NCBI GenBank assembly: GCA_040752575.1
Contig: JBFMGK010000015.1
Location: 1 to 64,000, forward strand
Direction: 5' to 3'
From: Candidatus Bipolaricaulota bacterium
GTDB lineage: Bacteria; Bipolaricaulota; Bipolaricaulia; UBA7950; UBA9294
DNA length: 64,000 bases
The position numbers were made by a program, and so were the translations under genes. Shown here piece by piece: positions 18,917 through 28,515 of this stretch. Position 1 is the first letter of the stretch. Every line of letters begins with the position of its first letter. The notes under the pieces were generated by a model. The model saw only the letters and a program-made list of their open reading frames with translations, was not told the origin of the DNA and did no database searches.

Positions 18917-21900
18917 CTACTTCCGCTCGACAACGACGGTATCGATCACCAAGTCCCTGTTGAGGTCCGTGATCACGGCCAAGATCTTCGACTGGACAGC
19001 CCGGTAGTTGCCGATCAGGTAATCGACCGAGTAGCGCAGATCGTCCTGCGCCCCGTCTCCGTCGAAGTCTCCGCCTTGCACATGGCGCGAGAGGATCGTA
19101 AGGCGCAGGTCGAGCAGCACGTTGTTGTCGAGATCGATGGCCACGGCGCGGGCCTGGCCGGTCGGCATACAGCACACGGTGAACGGCTCCAGCCACACGC
19201 GATCGTCGATGCACTCGTCGAAGTCGAGGTCGACCTGCGTGAACGCGACGGGGTGGCTCTCGGGATCGTACTCGTCGGTTCCGGCAGTGATCTCATCGGC
19301 GTTCGCGAAGCGGTCGCCATCATCGTCCACCGGCTCGCCGGCGACCGGCGCGAGGAACGGCAGAAGCTCCGAGTTGCAGGGGTCTTCGTCGAGTCCGTCG
19401 ATGAACCCGTCGGAGTCGGAGTCGCGGTTCGTCGGATCCAGAACAGGGACAAATCGGATCGAGAAGTCCACGGGATCCTCATCGAACGCCCCGTCGCCGT
19501 CGTTGTCCAATTCATCGAGCGGATCCTCGTCGATCCATCCGTCCACGTCGTTGTCGAGCGTCGTGAAGGTCGTCTCGACGCAGACGTAGGCCACTTCGAA
19601 GCCGTCGAACAGCCAGTCGTTGTCCGTGTCGTGATCGAGCGGATTCGTCGGATTGAACGGGAAGGCGCTCGCCGGATTGGGCTGGTAGCGCTCGTCGTAG
19701 TCGGTCAGATCGTCGTCGTCGGTGTCGGCATCGCACGGGTTCGTCTCCTCGGGATCCGGCAACGTCGTCTCGACCGATGACGTGAAGATGTCGAAGTCGC
19801 TCGACAGGAAGTCGAAGTTCCCGTCGTGGTTCATCTCCTCGTAGCCGTCGGAGAGCCCATCCCCGTCGGTATCGGGATTGAGCGGATCGAGGCAGCCGCA
19901 AGCCGGGTAGACCACATGGATCGTCCGCCCGAACAGATCCGTGGCCGGGATCATGTACTGGCGCGACGTAGAGAAGCCGAGCTTCTCAATGCCGTCGCCT
20001 TCCGCGTCGCCGTCGGTGTCATGCTGGTTCGGATCGGTCTCCCCCAGATCCCAGGTTCCGTTTCCGTTCTCGTCTTCGCCCAGGCCCATCGGATTCGGGT
20101 GGTCGCCGATCCCGCCCGCGCTCCCCGGCCTTGCCGAGACAGCGCACGGCGCGTTGCCCGGCACGCTGCACGCTTTGCAGAGCGGGTTCACCAGGACCGT
20201 GGGGTGCCCGCTGACCATGTACGGAGTTCCCGCTCCGCCGTCGCACAGCCCATCGCCGTCGGTGTCGGCATTCACCGGATTCGTCGTGTTCGACCCGAAG
20301 ACTTCGGCCGAGTCCAGCAATCCGTCGTCGTCGGTGTCCGGGTCGAACGGGTCGGTGGGGATCGGCCCTCCCCCCGTGACCTCGTGCCAGTCGCCGCGCC
20401 CGTCATCGTCGGTATCCCAATCCTGAGGGTCGGTCCCCAGCCCGACCTCCTCGCCGTCCGTGAGTCCATCGCCGTCGGAGTCCGGATCGCAGACGTTGCA
20501 CAGGAGATCGTCATCCTGCTCCCCCGTCGCCGCCGTGACGATCGTGCGCACGGTGCCGGGCGCCCGAATGTCGGCAGCCGCTACATCCTCAAACCCTTCG
20601 AAGAAGATGTACGCATACGCGAGGCCCGGACCTTGCCGGGAGATGGGAATCACCGCGCCATCCTGGACGCCGTCGCCATCCGAGTCGTCGTCGTTGACAT
20701 AGGGACACGTCGCATCGCGGGCCCCGCCAAGACCGCCGGCCAGGTTGGCTACGCCGGTTCCATGGTTCACGACATCGCCGCACTCGCCTTCGACGGGATC
20801 GAACAGGTGATCGTCGTCGGTGTTGATGTCGAGCGGATCGGACTCCTGGTCGAAGGTGCGCTGTGGCGTCGCGCCGGGCGTTCCGCCGGTCGCAATCAGC
20901 TCATCCGCATCGAACAGCGTATCGTTGTCGCTATCAGCATCGAGTGGGTCCGTTCCGGTGACCATGACCTCTTCGTAGTCCGATAACCCGTCGTTGTCCG
21001 AATCCACATCGAGCGCAGGCACTGTCTCTGCCATCGCTGGGCCGGAGGCGGGCGTGAAGGTGAACAACGGGCCGCCGCCATAGTCAGGCCCCACCGGAGT
21101 CACCGTGGATCGCCCCTCGGGAATAACCGTACTGAATCCGGGAGCCACAGGCGGTCTTCCGCCGAGGGGTCCGCCGCCGATGAGGTTGGCCTCTTCACCG
21201 TCTCGGATCCCGTCGCCGTCGGTATCCGGATTGCAGGGATCGGTCTCCCAGTAGGCAACCGTCTTGCTCGATGGCGTGCCGAAGGATCCAATGACGATCC
21301 CGGCGCCGGCGTCGCCCCACGTCCCGTCATGGTTGGCGTCTTCTACGCCATCCTGTAAGCCGTCGTTATCGGAGTCATCGTCGTTAACGTAGGGGCACGT
21401 GTTGTCGGGTAAGCCTCCCAGACCTCGCGACGTGCCCAAGCCCGATCCCGGGTATTCATTCTGATCCGGGATGTCGTCGTCATCGGTGTCCGGGTCGAGC
21501 GGATCCGAGACCTGAATGAACGAGCGGCTCGGCCACGCTCCCGAGATCGCCATCAACTCGTCCGCATCGCTCAGCGTGTCGTTGTCACTATCCTGATCGA
21601 GCGGATCCGTTCCTGTGACGACGACTTCCTCGTAGTCGGACAACCCGTCGTTGTCGGCGTCATCGTCCAGGGGAGGCACCGTCCCCACGAGCGGGGCGCC
21701 GGCGGCCCCGAAGGTGGTCGATACGCCCTCGGCGATGACCGGCGTGAACCCGTTCGTCGCGCTGATGAGGAGCCCGCCAAGTAGGGCGACTTCCTCGCCG
21801 TCCGTCAGTCCATCGCCATCGGTGTCCGGATTGCAGAAATCGGTCTCCCCCGACGGGTTGATCTGGGCCTGCGACGTGGAGTCCCCGAGGATGCCGAGGG

Positions 21901-24900
21901 TGATCGTTCCATTGCCGTCCCAGCTCTCGGCGCCGTCCTGCAACCCGTCGTCGTCGGAATCGTCGTCGTTGACGTACGGACAAGCATGGTCGCCGTTGCC
22001 GCCGAGTCCTTGGGTGGTGCCGAGACCGGTCCCGGTGTACTCGATGTCGTCGCGCAGCCCGTCATCGTCCGTGTCCGGGTCAAGCGGATCGGATACCTGG
22101 GCGAACGTCCGCACCGGCCAGGCGCCGGAAAGGGCAAGCATTTCGTTCGAATCGGACAGCGAGTCGCCGTCCGAGTCCCAGTTCAGCGGATCGGTGCTGG
22201 TGACGACAACCTCTTCGTAGTCGGAGAGGCCGTCGTCGTCGGAGTCCGTATCGAGGGCGGGCAGGGTCGTAACGTTCCCCGTCGGCGTCGAGGCACTCAC
22301 GGAACCATGTCCAAACAGCGCCTCCTCTTCGCCGTCCAGCAGACCGTCCGCATCGGAGTCTGCGCTGCAGAAGTCGGTCTCTCCGCTTCCCGTGGTCCCG
22401 GTGCCGCCCAACGTCTGCGTGATGGCGCCATCACGGTCCGTGTCCTCGTGCCCATCCTGAAGGCCGTCGTCGTCCGAGTCCGCGTCGTTGACGAACGGGC
22501 ACCCTGCGCTGATCTCCACGGCGTCGTTGAGTCCATCTCCGTCGGTGTCCTGCATGAGAGGATCCGCGTGGTCGCGTATCTCGGAGAGAGCCCATGTGCC
22601 GACTTCCGTCCCATCGGTCTCGGTATCGCAGTCCGTGTCAGCCACGCAGAAGCTCGTATTGTAGAGACCGGCCTCGTCTCCGTCCGACAGCCCATCGGCG
22701 TCGCTATCGGGGTTGTTCGGGTTGGGACGACGCGAGCCGCCGTAGTAACCGCCCGCTTCCTCGATCTCGTCCTGATCTCCGAGCCCGTCGCCATCGCTAT
22801 CCCAGTTGTTGTAGTCCGTCCCGGTAACGTTCTCCTCGAGCACGTCGGGAAGCCCGTCGTCATCGAGATCGGTGTCCATCGATAGGATCGCGATGTCGAG
22901 AAGGATTCCCGCGCCGGCGACGATCGCCTTGGCGATGTCGCTGTAGGGAATCGTTACACCCGTCTGGACGATTAGCCCGCCGGTGATGACACCATCAGGA
23001 ATCACGTCGAGGACGAGAGCCGTCGTGTCGAGACCGAGCTTCACGGCCTGCAGCGCAACCTCCGACGCATTCAGGTCGAAGATCATCTGCGCAATGTCCT
23101 TCCCGCCCGAGCCGCAGCCGTCGTCGCAGTCCGCGCCCGTTGTTCCGTCGCCCGGATCGTCGGGGAACTGGTCGTACCTCTCGACGTTCACGGAGCCCGT
23201 CGACCCGAGGTGGACTCTGTCCGTGGGCTCATAGCGTACGGTGACGTTCACGAGCGGCGACGTTGTGGAAAAGCTGTCGGTGCAGGAAAGCATCGCGCCG
23301 GATAGCCCGGCGCAAGCGATCTCATCCGGCTCCAGCAGATGGATGTCCCCTTGAAGAACCGTGGCGACTCCTGCGTTGCCCGGATCTTCGCGCACGGTCG
23401 CCGTGTAGCTCACGCCCGTCGCCGTGCTGGTTCCCGTGACCTCTGTGATCGTTGGACGTCGCTGCAAGCCCTGGCCGAAGTAGCCTTCGCTGTTGGCGTG
23501 GATTCCGTCGGCCGCCGTGTAGTCGGCGTAGATGGTGTCGATTCCGGCATCGCCATCCAGTCCTGTGCAGGTGTAGACGAAGGCCCCCGACGGCGCAACG
23601 CCCAGCGCAGGGACCTGGGTGGCATCGCCGCCTAGGTACGAGGAATAGCTCAGCACACCGACGGGATTCGTTGCCGTCCCGACGCCGGCGACATCGGTCA
23701 CCGTGACGGTATACGAGCAGCCTTCGCGAACGAGGATCGTCTCGCTGCAGCCGCTGACCGTCACTTCGGTCGGACGAAGGAGCACGTTCAGCACTTCCAC
23801 GGTGGAACTCTCCGAGTAGATGTCCGAAGTCGAAGCGAACGTTGCCGTGAGCGTCGTCATCCCCGCTTCGAACGCCCCCGGAGTGTAGGTCACCGTGCAG
23901 CAACCGTTGGCATCGAGCGCCGGGGTAGCGTCGCTGAACACGCCCGTGCCGTCTGTGGTCAACGCAATGTCTTGGCCGCTCAGGGAACCCGGCACGCCAG
24001 CCGTCGTGTCGTCCTCGACGCACACGCTGATCGTCACCGCCTGACCGATGTAGGCTGTCGCCGGCGACAGCAGCATGACGACATCCGCGGCACGTTTCTC
24101 GAGCGCCTGACTGAATGTGTCGCTGCTTGTAGCGTAGGCACTGTCGCCCGCGTAGCTGGCCGTGATCACGTGCGGCGTGGTCGCAGCGTCCGTCGGCGTG
24201 TACGTGAACTCGAACTGCCCACCTTCCGCCGCCGTCAAGGTGTGCGTCGCTGGACTCAGCGTCCCGTTGCCGGTGTGGGAGAGGGTCACCGTACCCGTCG
24301 GCGCCGCGCCGAAGCTCGTCGGAACTCCCTCGACGACAACCGTTCCCGTCGCTGTCTCGTTCACAACCAGCGGGGTGTCGGACACGAAGACCGTCGTGAC
24401 CGTCGGGCGCTTGGAGACCGTGTGCCCTTCGGTGTCGCTGGAGTCGATGTAGTCATCGCTGCCGGCGTAGGTGGCGGTGATGGTGTGCGTTCCTACAGGA
24501 AGCGCCTCGGTCGTGAGCACGGCTCGGCTCGTTGCCGTTCCCGTCGACACGAGGCCCGCCGTGCCCAAGATGGTTCCGGAGCCGTAGGTGAACGACACCG
24601 TTCCGCTTGGGCTACCGCTTCCGGGCGATGTCACGGTGACGTCGGCTGTCAGGGTGACGGTCTCACCAAGGACGGAGGGGTCGGGCGCAGTCGAAAGAAC
24701 CAGCGTGGTGGCCGCCCGGTTGACGACGTGCGTGCCGGTGCCGCTGGCCGAGCCGAACTCCGTCGGGTCGAGCGGCACGAACGCGGCCGTGAGCGTTTTC
24801 GTACCCGCCGTGTAGGTCGTCAGGGTGCAGCCCCAGATCCAATTGTCGGGGTACGTGCCGCTCGAGACCGTACGACTGCAGATGCTCCCTTCGCCATCGT

Positions 24901-25147
24901 CGACGGTGATCGTCCCGTAGAGGTTGTAGCCGCCCGGGTTGCTCGCGGCGCGGTCCACCCGGAACCGGACATAGTAACCCTCTCCAACCAGCGATGGCTC
25001 GATGTCGGACCCCGTGATGGTCACCGTGACCGGGATCTGCGCCAGCACCGGGAGGCTGCATGCCGCGACCAGCAAGAAGAGAAGGACGAAGTACTTGGCG
25101 TAGCCTGTCAACACACTGTGTGTTCTGCCATCTGCCGCGTTTCTCAT
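18917..25147 (-). CDS. Giant secreted protein: Ig-like (Big_3-type) domains, hydrophobic hairpin and many DxDxDG Ca-binding (TSP3-like) repeats
   Basis: Signal peptide; PSVLGETVTLTA..GTVSF..GTHTITATYAGS Ig repeats; dozens of DP..xDTDxDGLxDxxE units; 2076-aa open frame. Confidence 0.88.
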   Translation of the reverse strand: MRNAADGRTHSVLTGYAKYFVLLFLLVAACSLPVLAQIPVTVTITGSDIEPSLVGEGYYVRFRVDRAASNPGGYNLYGTITVDDGEGSICSRTVSSGTYPDNWIWGCTLTTYTAGTKTLTAAFVPLDPTEFGSASGTGTHVVNRAATTLVLSTAPDPSVLGETVTLTADVTVTSPGSGSPSGTVSFTYGSGTILGTAGLVSTGTATSRAVLTTEALPVGTHTITATYAGSDDYIDSSDTEGHTVSKRPTVTTVFVSDTPLVVNETATGTVVVEGVPTSFGAAPTGTVTLSHTGNGTLSPATHTLTAAEGGQFEFTYTPTDAATTPHVITASYAGDSAYATSSDTFSQALEKRAADVVMLLSPATAYIGQAVTISVCVEDDTTAGVPGSLSGQDIALTTDGTGVFSDATPALDANGCCTVTYTPGAFEAGMTTLTATFASTSDIYSESSTVEVLNVLLRPTEVTVSGCSETILVREGCSYTVTVTDVAGVGTATNPVGVLSYSSYLGGDATQVPALGVAPSGAFVYTCTGLDGDAGIDTIYADYTAADGIHANSEGYFGQGLQRRPTITEVTGTSTATGVSYTATVREDPGNAGVATVLQGDIHLLEPDEIACAGLSGAMLSCTDSFSTTSPLVNVTVRYEPTDRVHLGSTGSVNVERYDQFPDDPGDGTTGADCDDGCGSGGKDIAQMIFDLNASEVALQAVKLGLDTTALVLDVIPDGVITGGLIVQTGVTIPYSDIAKAIVAGAGILLDIAILSMDTDLDDDGLPDVLEENVTGTDYNNWDSDGDGLGDQDEIEEAGGYYGGSRRPNPNNPDSDADGLSDGDEAGLYNTSFCVADTDCDTETDGTEVGTWALSEIRDHADPLMQDTDGDGLNDAVEISAGCPFVNDADSDDDGLQDGHEDTDRDGAITQTLGGTGTTGSGETDFCSADSDADGLLDGEEEALFGHGSVSASTPTGNVTTLPALDTDSDDDGLSDYEEVVVTSTDPLNWDSDGDSLSDSNEMLALSGAWPVRTFAQVSDPLDPDTDDDGLRDDIEYTGTGLGTTQGLGGNGDHACPYVNDDDSDDDGLQDGAESWDGNGTITLGILGDSTSQAQINPSGETDFCNPDTDGDGLTDGEEVALLGGLLISATNGFTPVIAEGVSTTFGAAGAPLVGTVPPLDDDADNDGLSDYEEVVVTGTDPLDQDSDNDTLSDADELMAISGAWPSRSFIQVSDPLDPDTDDDDIPDQNEYPGSGLGTSRGLGGLPDNTCPYVNDDDSDNDGLQDGVEDANHDGTWGDAGAGIVIGSFGTPSSKTVAYWETDPCNPDTDGDGIRDGEEANLIGGGPLGGRPPVAPGFSTVIPEGRSTVTPVGPDYGGGPLFTFTPASGPAMAETVPALDVDSDNDGLSDYEEVMVTGTDPLDADSDNDTLFDADELIATGGTPGATPQRTFDQESDPLDINTDDDHLFDPVEGECGDVVNHGTGVANLAGGLGGARDATCPYVNDDDSDGDGVQDGAVIPISRQGPGLAYAYIFFEGFEDVAAADIRAPGTVRTIVTAATGEQDDDLLCNVCDPDSDGDGLTDGEEVGLGTDPQDWDTDDDGRGDWHEVTGGGPIPTDPFDPDTDDDGLLDSAEVFGSNTTNPVNADTDGDGLCDGGAGTPYMVSGHPTVLVNPLCKACSVPGNAPCAVSARPGSAGGIGDHPNPMGLGEDENGNGTWDLGETDPNQHDTDGDAEGDGIEKLGFSTSRQYMIPATDLFGRTIHVVYPACGCLDPLNPDTDGDGLSDGYEEMNHDGNFDFLSSDFDIFTSSVETTLPDPEETNPCDADTDDDDLTDYDERYQPNPASAFPFNPTNPLDHDTDNDWLFDGFEVAYVCVETTFTTLDNDVDGWIDEDPLDELDNDGDGAFDEDPVDFSIRFVPVLDPTNRDSDSDGFIDGLDEDPCNSELLPFLAPVAGEPVDDDGDRFANADEITAGTDEYDPESHPVAFTQVDLDFDECIDDRVWLEPFTVCCMPTGQARAVAIDLDNNVLLDLRLTILSRHVQGGDFDGDGAQDDLRYSVDYLIGNYRAVQSKILAVITDLNRDLVIDTVVVERK

Positions 25148-25157
25148 ATCTTCTCCT

Positions 25158-26477
25158 CTACAGGGTAACGCCCGTGCTGATCGAAGCGCGCGTCAGTCCG
25201 TATCGACCGAACGTCGCCTGCAACGAGATGGTGCCCGGCGAGAAGCGGAACGTGAACTGCGTCGCCAGGCTTGCGAAGCCGAACCTCGCGCCTCGCTGCG
25301 CGAAGGTGATTCCCGTCGAGGCCGAGAACTGCCCGTGGGATACGTTCAACCGTGTCGACAACCCTGTCAGACCGCGCTCGAGACCCGTGGCACGGATGTC
25401 AAACCCACCGTTCAGCGCACCCAGACTGAACGGCGTGTTGCACCCCATCGAGAGGGAGGTCACCTCGAGCTCGTCGAGTTGGAGTCCGAACTGAATACAG
25501 GCAAACGATCCCGACAGGCTCAGCCCCCTCACCTCGGTCGGCCCGCGGAACAGGGTCATCGACGCCCCCAACCCGATGCCTTCGGCCACCTTGGCCGAGA
25601 AACTCAGCGTCGCGGACAGGGTCTGGGTCGTGGAAACGCTGAACGAAATCCCGATCCGCGGGTCCATGAGAAAGAGCGGCCCGACCGCAAAGTCGCACAG
25701 TTCGAAGCCGCCTACGGATCCGTTCAGGTAGTAGTTGCCGGGATCCACGCGTCCGGCCGCCGAGTATCCCTTGACGACGGTCGCGCCCGGACTGGCATTG
25801 AACCCCGCCGAGAGCGAGAGCGACAGGCCAAGCTGCGAACTCCACGAAACGTCGAGAATGCCCCCGCACGAGAAGGTCTGGTCGGCAAACTCGTAGAACA
25901 GGGGGTCATACGATGCGTTCGGGTTCGGAAAGCTCGTGTCCAGGATCATGAGCAGGTGCCGGAAGTGGAATCCCCCGACGTCGAACGACGAGGTGAGGCG
26001 CGAGGTGACGAAGAAGATGTCGCCGTAGGGGATGACGATCGCGTTGGGAAGGTTGTTCACGTCGGTGACCGCCTCAAACGGAACGGCCATCCACATCTCG
26101 CAGGCGAGCGTGACGTCCTCGAACAGCACACCGAGGAGGCGGAACGGCTCGATCCGCAGGTCGCCGGTCGCCACGCCGTGCTCCGGACCGGCCATGTTCG
26201 TGGCCGCATCCAAAGCGCCTCCGATCGCCGAGTCGCGAACGCTCACACGAAGACTCGATGCGATGCCAAACTCCAGCTCGGCAAACTCGCTCGGCGTGTC
26301 CAGCACCAGATCGCCCGTGAGCGAACTAGGGATCCGGCGCGCAACGAAATCCAGGCCGAACTGCCCGGAGATCTGCCCGTGCGCCGCCCCGCCCGCGAGC
26401 ACCAGGCACGCCATCGCGCAGATCATCGCGCGACGCACAGAAGCCCGCCTCGCCTTTCCCCTTGGCCATCCCCCCAT
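25158..26477 (-). CDS. Hypothetical secreted protein, probable outer-membrane beta-barrel
   Basis: Signal peptide ending AHG; alternating beta-strand pattern throughout; C-terminus TRASISTGVTL; 10 nt upstream of giant gene. Confidence 0.65.
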   Translation of the reverse strand: MGGWPRGKARRASVRRAMICAMACLVLAGGAAHGQISGQFGLDFVARRIPSSLTGDLVLDTPSEFAELEFGIASSLRVSVRDSAIGGALDAATNMAGPEHGVATGDLRIEPFRLLGVLFEDVTLACEMWMAVPFEAVTDVNNLPNAIVIPYGDIFFVTSRLTSSFDVGGFHFRHLLMILDTSFPNPNASYDPLFYEFADQTFSCGGILDVSWSSQLGLSLSLSAGFNASPGATVVKGYSAAGRVDPGNYYLNGSVGGFELCDFAVGPLFLMDPRIGISFSVSTTQTLSATLSFSAKVAEGIGLGASMTLFRGPTEVRGLSLSGSFACIQFGLQLDELEVTSLSMGCNTPFSLGALNGGFDIRATGLERGLTGLSTRLNVSHGQFSASTGITFAQRGARFGFASLATQFTFRFSPGTISLQATFGRYGLTRASISTGVTL

Positions 26478-26706
26478 GCCTCTCCCCCCTCGCTGCGCCT
26501 GGACAGACGTCCGACGGAAGGGCCCTCCGGGGCCCTTCCCGGAGACGGGAGGAGCGTGTAAGCTTCAAGGCGAACACAAGAGGGGAGTACCGAAGAGCAC
26601 GATGTCTTCCCTGGCAGGGGACCGCGTTGCGAATCGTGTGCTCCCTTTCTCTTCCCGTCGTCAGCCGCGCGTTCTACACCACCTCGTCCGGCCCGTCCGG
26701 CAAACG

Positions 26707-26736
26707 AAAAAAGCCCGCGGCGTAAGCCGACGAGCC
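26707..26736 (-). terminator. Intrinsic terminator within 5' leader
   Basis: GGCTCGTCGGC-TTAC-GCCGCGGGC followed by T6 on minus strand. Confidence 0.7.
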
Positions 26737-26848
26737 TCTAGACCACCGACCTCCACCCACTCCCACCACAAGCCCACGGCTTGTCCCCCTTGCTGTACAT
26801 GCCGCGCCACTGCACATCGCCTCGCCCCCCTCGGCGAAACGATCGTCC

Positions 26849-26878
26849 AGAATAGACCCGCAGAGGGTGCTTTGTCAA
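26849..26878 (-). promoter_or_regulatory. Sigma70-type promoter upstream of barrel/giant protein operon
   Basis: TTGACA-N18-TATTCT. Confidence 0.6.
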
Positions 26879-26946
26879 GAGCAAGTCCGTACATCCTTTT
26901 CGAACACACGACGCAAGTTCCCGCGGGGGAGACTACAATCGCGGAA

Positions 26947-27690
26947 ATGGTCGCCCGTCGCTTGCGCCGATATGAGAAGTCGTCGGAGATCTCCTACGCC
27001 GAGGGGGTCTTCGCAACACTCGAACTTCTGACGGCGCGTCCGGACGATGTCGAGGCGGTGCTCGTGTCGAGCCGCGGCGAGCCCAACGCCGGCGTGAAGA
27101 AGATCCGCGAGATCTGCGCAGCGCGCGGCGTCGGCCTCACGGTCGACGACCGGGCGATGGAACGCCTGTCGCCGCGCGGCAGCCATCTGGCCGTCGGCGT
27201 GTTCCGCAAGTACTCGACGGAGATCTCGACCGAGGACGATCACGTGGTCCTCGTGGAGCCGGCGGACATGGGGAACCTGGGAACGATCTTTCGCACGATG
27301 CTTGGGTTCGGCGTTCGCGACCTCGCGGTCGTCCGGCCGGCCGCCGACGCTTTCGACCCCCGCGTCATCCGCGCCTCGATGGGCGCACTGTTTCGAGCCT
27401 CGTTCTCGTACTTCGACTCGTTCGGGGACTACGCGCGCCGCTTCCCTCGAAAGGTCTACTCGTTCATGATCGACGGCACGACGCGGGTCGACGACCTTCG
27501 CTTTCAGGCGCCGTGTGCCCTTGTTTTTGGCAACGAGTCGAGCGGCCTCGGCGAGACGTTCCGGGCGCTCGGCGAAAGCGTGCGGATCGGCCAGACCGAG
27601 GCGGTCGACTCGCTGAGCCTCCCGGTTGCCGTGGCCGTCGCCCTCTACGAGCGTGCACGGCGCGGCGTGGGGGCTCCCGGTGGGCCATGA
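26947..27690 (+). CDS. TrmH/SpoU family RNA methyltransferase
   Basis: PADMGNLGTIFRT, RASMGA, LVFGNESSGL, DSLSLPVA. Confidence 0.92.
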   Translation: MVARRLRRYEKSSEISYAEGVFATLELLTARPDDVEAVLVSSRGEPNAGVKKIREICAARGVGLTVDDRAMERLSPRGSHLAVGVFRKYSTEISTEDDHVVLVEPADMGNLGTIFRTMLGFGVRDLAVVRPAADAFDPRVIRASMGALFRASFSYFDSFGDYARRFPRKVYSFMIDGTTRVDDLRFQAPCALVFGNESSGLGETFRALGESVRIGQTEAVDSLSLPVAVAVALYERARRGVGAPGGP

Positions 27691-28466
27691 TGTCGAGCCC
27701 GCGGAATGTCCCGCCTCACACGGTGCGCGTGAGTCGTCGCGCGCGCCACGTTCACCTCCGCTTCTCGGTACGCGCCGGCCTCGAGGTCGTCATCCCCATG
27801 GATTTCGATCCGAGCGAGATCCCAGATCTCCTGACAGCAAGAGCGGAGTGGATTGCCGACGCCGCGAGGCAGATCGAGGCCCAGCGCGCGCTCGCCGACC
27901 CCTCTCCGGCGGACCGTCTTCCCGCGCAGGTCAGCCTGCGGGCTCTCGGAGAGACGTGGAACGTCGAGCTCCGGCCGTCGAAGGCAACGCGCTTGACACT
28001 TCGTGAAGCGGCGGAGCATCGCCTCATCGTCTCGGGACCTCTGCACGAGGACGCTCGCTGGCGGCGCGCGCTCAAACGTTGGGTCGCGCGCCGCGCCCGC
28101 CTGGAGCTGGCAAGGTGGGCTGAGCGCGAGGCTGAGACGCACGGTCTGCCGCGGGTCGACCTGGCCGTCCGCTGGCAACGCGCGCGCTGGGGAAGCTGCT
28201 CACGGCGCTCCGGATCGCAGCGGCCGACTCTGTCCCTCAATGCCGGACTGCTTTTCCTCCCGCCCCATCTAGCCCGTTACGTGATCCTCCACGAGCTTTG
28301 CCACACGCAACGCATGGATCACTCCCCTGCCTTCTGGAATGCGCTTCAGCGGGTCGAGCCTGCCGCGCCAGCGCTGCGCGAGGAACTCCACGGGGCCTGG
28401 CCCTACATCCCTTCGTGGGTGGATCCGCCGGCGCCGCCAGTTGACGCGGACGTCGATCGCCCGTAG
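27687..28466 (+). CDS. YgjP/DUF45 (SprT-like) zinc metalloprotein
   Basis: QRARWGSCS, YVILHELCH, HSPAFW. Confidence 0.9.
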   Translation: MMSSPRNVPPHTVRVSRRARHVHLRFSVRAGLEVVIPMDFDPSEIPDLLTARAEWIADAARQIEAQRALADPSPADRLPAQVSLRALGETWNVELRPSKATRLTLREAAEHRLIVSGPLHEDARWRRALKRWVARRARLELARWAEREAETHGLPRVDLAVRWQRARWGSCSRRSGSQRPTLSLNAGLLFLPPHLARYVILHELCHTQRMDHSPAFWNALQRVEPAAPALREELHGAWPYIPSWVDPPAPPVDADVDRP

Positions 28467-28515
28467 GCTTCGCCGGCTGCGCGACCTGCCGCGGCCGAGC
28501 ACGAAGGGGGCGCAG

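Noticed and set aside
18917..25147. Diversity-generating retroelement target or RTX toxin
   Set aside because: No reverse transcriptase or adenine-specific TR/VR pair seen; repeats are DxDxDG type rather than GGxGxD nonapeptides; no T1SS genes adjacent
26707..26850. T-box or classical trp attenuator
   Set aside because: No T-box consensus, and downstream genes are not amino-acid related; kept only as an unexplained leader
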